Part shown: one piece after another, positions 58,596-64,000 of the stretch
How positions within the stretch are numbered: position 1 is the stretch's first letter
How the letters are laid out: each line of letters starts with the position of its first letter
Assembly (NCBI GenBank): GCA_049510065.1
Contig: JBEKZH010000010.1
Coordinates: forward strand, 17,653-81,652
Origin: Bryobacteraceae bacterium
GTDB taxonomy: Bacteria; Acidobacteriota; Terriglobia; Bryobacterales; Bryobacteraceae
Length of the DNA stretch: 64,000 nucleotides
Direction: 5' to 3'
Made by a program: the position numbers and the translations under genes
Notes under the pieces: generated by a model
What the model was told of the DNA's origin: nothing
Databases searched by the model: none
What the model saw: only the letters and a program-made list of their open reading frames with translations

Positions 58596-59036
58596 GTGCG
58601 CCTGTTCGCCTTTGCCGCTGTCGTGTTTCTCGCCGGTTGCGTGCCTCCGCCCGCGCCGCCTAAGACCGATCCGACACGGGAGGCCTGGTACGGCGAGACC
58701 GTTCAACAACTGGCCGCACTGGACCGCGATGCGGAGCGCTTGCTCGCCAGCGGCAACTCGGACAAAGCAGCCGCGGCCATCATGAAAGGACTGCCGCTGG
58801 AGAAACGCCTCCTCTCCGTTTCGCGGCCCACGCTCGCCGCCACCGTCGCCGTTTCCGATCTGGATCGGCTCTATGGGCGGATGCTGCTGTCCAATCGCCA
58901 TTACGGGTGGGCTCGACTCACCTTTCAGAAGAACCTGGCCCGGTGGAGGAACTGGACGCCGGAGACTCCCGAATCCGCCCGGCGGTTGCAGCAGGCGCGG
59001 GACGACATTGCCGAGTGCGACCGGGGTATGCAGTAG
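58596..59036 (+). CDS. Hypothetical lipoprotein
   Basis: Lipobox in MRLFAFAAVVFLAGC, then a helical TPR-like body. Confidence 0.55.
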   Translation: MRLFAFAAVVFLAGCVPPPAPPKTDPTREAWYGETVQQLAALDRDAERLLASGNSDKAAAAIMKGLPLEKRLLSVSRPTLAATVAVSDLDRLYGRMLLSNRHYGWARLTFQKNLARWRNWTPETPESARRLQQARDDIAECDRGMQ

Positions 59037-59047
59037 GGGATGGTGGT

Positions 59048-59148
59048 CGGCTAATTCGGGGACGGGGCACGAAGTTTCCGCAGTGACCAGCCGGCTGGTT
59101 TCAGAGCCTTTATGGTGCGGAAATTCGGCCCCGTCCCCGAATTAGCCG
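59048..59148. repeat. ~101-bp palindromic element, family 'AATTCGGGGACGGG' (copy 3)
   Basis: CGGCTAATTCGGGGACGGGGCACGAAGTTTCCGCA...TGCGGAAATTCGGCCCCGTCCCCGAATTAGCCG, 12 nt after the lipoprotein stop. Confidence 0.8.
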
Positions 59149-59272
59149 AACGGCCTGTCACGTGAACCCCACGTGGCCCTGGCTGCATCCAACCCAGTAG
59201 GAGACCTGCGGATCACCCCTTTGTTGACAGGCATTGAGTAGTTTTGCCTAAAATATAGAACGTAAGGTCTTT

Positions 59273-60220
59273 ATGTCACTTGCCCCGGTACTGTCGCCGA
59301 TCACCCCGCGCGCAACTTCGCTGCTGGCGCAGATTGGCGGCACGCCCTTGTTGCGGCTGGATCGCATTGCCGCGGACCTGCCGGGCGTCGAGCTCTACGG
59401 CAAGGCTGAGTACTTCAACCCGGGCGGATCCGTGAAGGACCGCGCCGCGCTCAACATGATCCTGGATGGCGAGCGCAGCGGGCGGCTGCGGCCGGACCGC
59501 ATCATCCTGGACGCCACCAGCGGGAACACCGGCATTGCCTATGCCATGATCGCGGCGGCGCGCGGGTACAGGGTTCGATTGTGCCTGCCGGCGAACGCGT
59601 CGGAAGAGCGCAAGCGCATGCTGCGGGCCTACGGCGCGGAGATGATTCTCACCGATCCGGCCGAGGGCTCCGACGGGGCGATCCGCAAATGCCGCGCGAT
59701 CTACGAAGCCGACCCGGACATCTATTTCTACCCGGACCAGTACGGCAACCCGGCCAACTGGAAAGCCCACTTCGAGACGACCGGTGCGGAGATCGTCGAG
59801 CAGACCGGCGGGCGCATCACGCATTTCGTGACGTCCATGGGCACCAGCGGCACTTTCATGGGCGTTTCGCGGCGTCTCAAGCGCGACATCGCCGGCGTGG
59901 AGTGCATCTCCGCGCAGCCGTCCTCGGGCTTCCACGGGCTGGAGGGGCTGAAGCACATGCCCACGGCCATCGTGCCGGCCATCTACGATCCCGAACTGGC
60001 CGACGACAACGTCTGGGTGGAGACCGAGGACGCCTACGCCATGGTGCGGCGGATGGCGCGCGAAGAGGGCATCCTGGTGGGGATTTCGTCGGGCGCGAAC
60101 CTGGTGGCGGCGCGTGCGGTGGCGCGGCGAGTGGTGGAGCGCGGCGAAGAGGCCGTGATCGTCACCATGATTTGCGACAATGCCGACAAGTATCTGAGCG
60201 AACCGTTCTGGAATGATTAG
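59273..60220 (+). CDS. cysM: PLP-dependent cysteine synthase (CysM/CysK family)
   Basis: NPGGSVKDRAAL (PLP lysine), SGNTGIAYA, TSGTFMG. Gene context matches the CysO-dependent CysM of mycobacteria. Confidence 0.85.
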   Translation: MSLAPVLSPITPRATSLLAQIGGTPLLRLDRIAADLPGVELYGKAEYFNPGGSVKDRAALNMILDGERSGRLRPDRIILDATSGNTGIAYAMIAAARGYRVRLCLPANASEERKRMLRAYGAEMILTDPAEGSDGAIRKCRAIYEADPDIYFYPDQYGNPANWKAHFETTGAEIVEQTGGRITHFVTSMGTSGTFMGVSRRLKRDIAGVECISAQPSSGFHGLEGLKHMPTAIVPAIYDPELADDNVWVETEDAYAMVRRMAREEGILVGISSGANLVAARAVARRVVERGEEAVIVTMICDNADKYLSEPFWND

Positions 60221-60641
60221 AATCGGATGATCAGGATTGACGCGGAGGCGTGGGGCGCCATGGTGGCGCACGCCGAAAAAACCTATCCGGACGAGTGCTG
60301 CGGCGCGATGATCGGCGAGATCGGCGACGACGGCGGGAAGACCGTGCGGCTGGCCGTGCCCATGCGCAACTCGTATCGGGGGTCGCAGGAAGACCGCTAC
60401 GAGCTGAACCCGGAAGATTTGCTCGAAGCCGACCGCCAGGCGCGCGCGCGAGGGCTCGATTTGATTGGCATTTTCCACTCGCATCCGGATTGCGATGCGT
60501 ATTTCTCGCAAACCGACTTGAAGAACTCGTGCCCGTGGTATTCGTTCGTGGTCCTTTCCGTGCAGAAAGGGCGGTTCCATCACGCCAACAGCTTTCTGCC
60601 CGACGTGGACCAGACCGTGGCCGAAAAGGAAGAACTCGTTT

Positions 60642-62078
<1,437 letters not shown>

Positions 62079-62080
62079 GA

Positions 62081-62299
62081 TTGGGCATGGGAAGCGTTTT
62101 CGATCTGAGCCCGGCTGAGAAGCTCCAACTGGTCGAAGATCTTTGGGACGATCTTGCCGCCGCGCCAGACGCCGTGCCGGTTCACGACTGGCAGAAGCAG
62201 GAACTGGCACGCCGAAAAGCCAATCTTCAGAGAAACCCCGCATCGGCAGTGCCTTGGGAAGAAGTAAAGCAAAGGGTACGCGCGCGGTATGGACGTTAG
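62081..62299 (+). CDS. Addiction-module antitoxin (TIGR02574-like)
   Basis: LSPAEKLQLVEDLWDDL...VPVHDWQKQELARR is the signature of this antitoxin family. Overlaps the toxin start. Confidence 0.75.
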   Translation: MGMGSVFDLSPAEKLQLVEDLWDDLAAAPDAVPVHDWQKQELARRKANLQRNPASAVPWEEVKQRVRARYGR

Positions 62300-62588
62300 G
62301 CTGGTCCTTGCGCCGGACGCTGAACTCGATATTGCCGAAGCCTATGTCTGGTACGAAACCCGCCGGGTCGGGCTGGGCGAAGAGTTCCTCAATTCGGTAG
62401 ATGCCTGTATGGAGCGGATTCGCCGTCAGCCGGCGATCTATCCTGTCGTTCATGAGGCGTACCGCCGTGCCCTGATACGACGATTTCCGTATGCCGTCTT
62501 CTTCGAGTACGCGGAAACAACGGCGACAGTCTACGCCGTATTTCACACTTCCCGCGACCCGGAGAAGTGGCGCCAGCGCTTGCCGTGA
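62289..62588 (+). CDS. RelE/ParE-family type II toxin
   Basis: AELDIAEAYVWYE...RRFPYAVFFEY...TVYAVFHTSRDP is the ParE/RelE pattern. Confidence 0.8.
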   Translation: MDVRLVLAPDAELDIAEAYVWYETRRVGLGEEFLNSVDACMERIRRQPAIYPVVHEAYRRALIRRFPYAVFFEYAETTATVYAVFHTSRDPEKWRQRLP

Positions 62589-62685
62589 GTCGCACTTAAG
62601 GCCACGGCCGCGCGACGACTACACGGCGCCGTCGCCTGAGATCGAACCATCCGGGTTGTGGGCCCGGGTGTTAGGCTGGACAACA

Positions 62686-63309
62686 ATGAGACTCCCACAG
62701 TTCGATGACCTTCCTTTCAATTCCCGGCCCGATCTCACACCTTACCTGATTCACCTGACCAAGAATACAAGAGTCGACGATGATTATTCTGCTCTGCAGA
62801 ATCTGATTGAAATTCTCCAGGCCGGTGAGATCTGGGGAAGCGACACCTCAAAAGGTTTCATCAAGGGACCGCATACCGCCGCATGTTTCATGGACGTTCC
62901 TTTTCAAGCGCTCAAGTACGTGCTGACACCTGAGAACTCCGACCCGCAAAAGCCACGGTACGAACCATATGGCATCGTTGTTACAAAGAAGTGCGGTTAC
63001 GAGCACGGGTGCCGTCCGGTTCTGTATCTCTCGAACGAAGAGACGGTGAATCTCCGCATTCCTGCTGACGAGCTGTGGCGGGTGGTGCGTTTCGAGGTAA
63101 CGGCGGAGGGATGGATCAGTTGGCAGCATGAGAGGGAGTGGCGATGCCGAGGGAACTTCAAACTTCCGGTGAAGATTCCGGCTGTTCTGGTGAGGACATC
63201 AGCTGAGGCGGCGGACCTGTTGGAGCGGCTGGCGGGGGACCCGCCGTACCGGTGTAAACCTCGGTCCGTTATCCCTCTCAATGTGATTTGCCAGGGATTG
63301 CTAAGCTGA
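62686..63309 (+). CDS. Hypothetical protein, AbiGi-like/DUF2971-like candidate abortive-infection protein
   Basis: ATG at 62686. Ordered motifs YLIHLTK, ACFMDVPF, YGIVVTKKCGYEHGCRPVLY and HEREWR match, as I recall it, the layout of AbiGi-type proteins. AT-richer codon usage. Confidence 0.5.
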   Translation: MRLPQFDDLPFNSRPDLTPYLIHLTKNTRVDDDYSALQNLIEILQAGEIWGSDTSKGFIKGPHTAACFMDVPFQALKYVLTPENSDPQKPRYEPYGIVVTKKCGYEHGCRPVLYLSNEETVNLRIPADELWRVVRFEVTAEGWISWQHEREWRCRGNFKLPVKIPAVLVRTSAEAADLLERLAGDPPYRCKPRSVIPLNVICQGLLS

Positions 63310-63411
63310 AACTGCGTTCTGCGGGCACGAGATGAAGACTGGCGTAGCAAATGCGTAGCAGTCTCCGCGCAAATGCGATCGAGATTCAACGCCCTCTTAA
63401 CGTGGGGCGGT

Positions 63412-63733
63412 GGACACCAGCGATATCGACCCGGTTGAGGTGAAGGCGAAGTTGGACCGGCGGGACGCGTTCGTGCTGCTGGACGTGCGCGAGCCGCACG
63501 AGTACCAGATTTGCCGCATTCCGGGGTCGATCCTGATCCCGCTGGGCGATTTGCCGAAGAGGGTGGCCGAGCTGGACGCGTCCAGCGAGATTGTGGCCCA
63601 TTGCAAGATGGGCGGACGCAGCGCGAAGGCGGTGGAGTTCCTGCGCTAGGCCGGCTTCCGCAAGGTGCGGAATATGAAGGGCGGGATTCTGGCCTTTGGC
63701 GACAAGGTGGACGCGAGCGTTCCGAAGTACTGA
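63412..63733 (+). pseudogene. Degenerate duplicate of the moeZ rhodanese-domain 3' end
   Basis: Colinear with 61758-62078, with no indels and roughly 85-90% identity by eye. It has no upstream E1 domain. An in-frame TAG (63646-63648) replaces the CAG codon, and W->F and other substitutions follow. Confidence 0.8.
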
Positions 63734-64000
63734 GATCCACAGGTGGTCAGGAACCTCGGCGCAGGCGCAGGCCGCGCGCTTCGCGCACGCGCCGCGCTGG
63801 AGGGGCGGACTATCGGCGACCTCCTTAACACGAGCAATTAGAGACTACGAAGTGGGATCTTAGAGCGGTGGATCGCTATGTTCACCCACGGACTTCCTGG
63901 CGGGGCGGGCGGACCTTCGAGGCGCAATGTCTGATGAACATCTCTAGCGTTCGCTCGGTGAGCTTGTGATCCAATGCAGGCCCTAACCACACCTCGTTGA

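Larger units (their letters stand above)
62079..63411 (+). mobile_element. Putative integrated islet (toxin-antitoxin pair + AbiGi-like gene) bounded by ~320-bp direct repeats of the moeZ 3' end
   Basis: Lies between the intact moeZ rhodanese segment (61758-62078) and its degenerate copy (63412-63733). Visibly lower GC. No recombinase gene within the window. Confidence 0.45.

Noticed and set aside
63410-63649. 79-aa ORF that could be called a stand-alone rhodanese gene
   Set aside because: Its 'start' is an artefact. The sequence is colinear with the moeZ 3' end and continues in frame past a TAG to the equivalent moeZ stop. It is best explained as a truncated, decaying duplicate.

Overview
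High-GC bacterial chromosomal window, about 65 protein genes and one tRNA. I found no rRNA, CRISPR array, integrase or transposase. The gene content points to an Acidobacteriota-like diderm: three PEP-CTERM proteins, an Acidobacteria-type vWA protein, lipid A/Kdo genes and OmpA. This taxonomic call is inference only.

Main blocks, in window order:
- Start to 14 kb: a delta-9 desaturase; a cluster of small general-stress proteins (2x CsbD, DUF3309); a three-gene sortase module (LPxTA-type substrate, vWA protein, sortase); a receiver, a CheB-CheR-PAS-histidine kinase and a second kinase; YmgE and WXXGXW small proteins; a PLC-like protein.
- 14-31 kb: DksA/TraR, a large GT4 protein and a GH130-like protein; two PEP-CTERM proteins; SYLF, OmpA with a long coding tandem repeat, and stomatin; GH31-PA14; a fused WaaA-LpxK gene.
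- 31-46 kb: hsp20 and htpX; VapC/Phd; the F-ATPase genes b'-b-delta-alpha-gamma-beta-epsilon without a/c; Tat-dependent DUF362 and aldo-keto reductase; an HTH/PIN toxin-antitoxin pair beside tRNA-Glu.
- 47-64 kb: ABC-F; YihY; mutL followed by an ECF sigma, anti-sigma and DUF4252; an orphan 292-aa gene; a CBM-like protein; DUF1697; NIF3; then cysM-mec-(cysO~moeZ).

Observations most worth a second look:
1. A ~1.3-kb AT-richer islet (ParE/RelE-type toxin-antitoxin pair plus an AbiGi-like gene) sits directly behind moeZ. It is bracketed by ~320-bp direct repeats, which are the intact 3' end of moeZ and a stop-containing diverged copy of it.
2. CysO is translationally fused to MoeZ, next to a JAMM protease and CysM.
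3. A ~101-bp palindromic MITE/RPE-like element occurs three times, and one copy lies in frame inside waaA-lpxK.
4. At least three further palindromic repeat families are present. One forms the atpA-atpG intercistronic hairpin, whose G.U pairs favour the atp-mRNA strand.
5. The sortase/vWA/LPHTAS-substrate operon.
6. Two single-nucleotide frameshifts, one in stomatin and one in the PIN toxin.

All homology statements rest on my recognition of motifs in the supplied translations. No database search was run.
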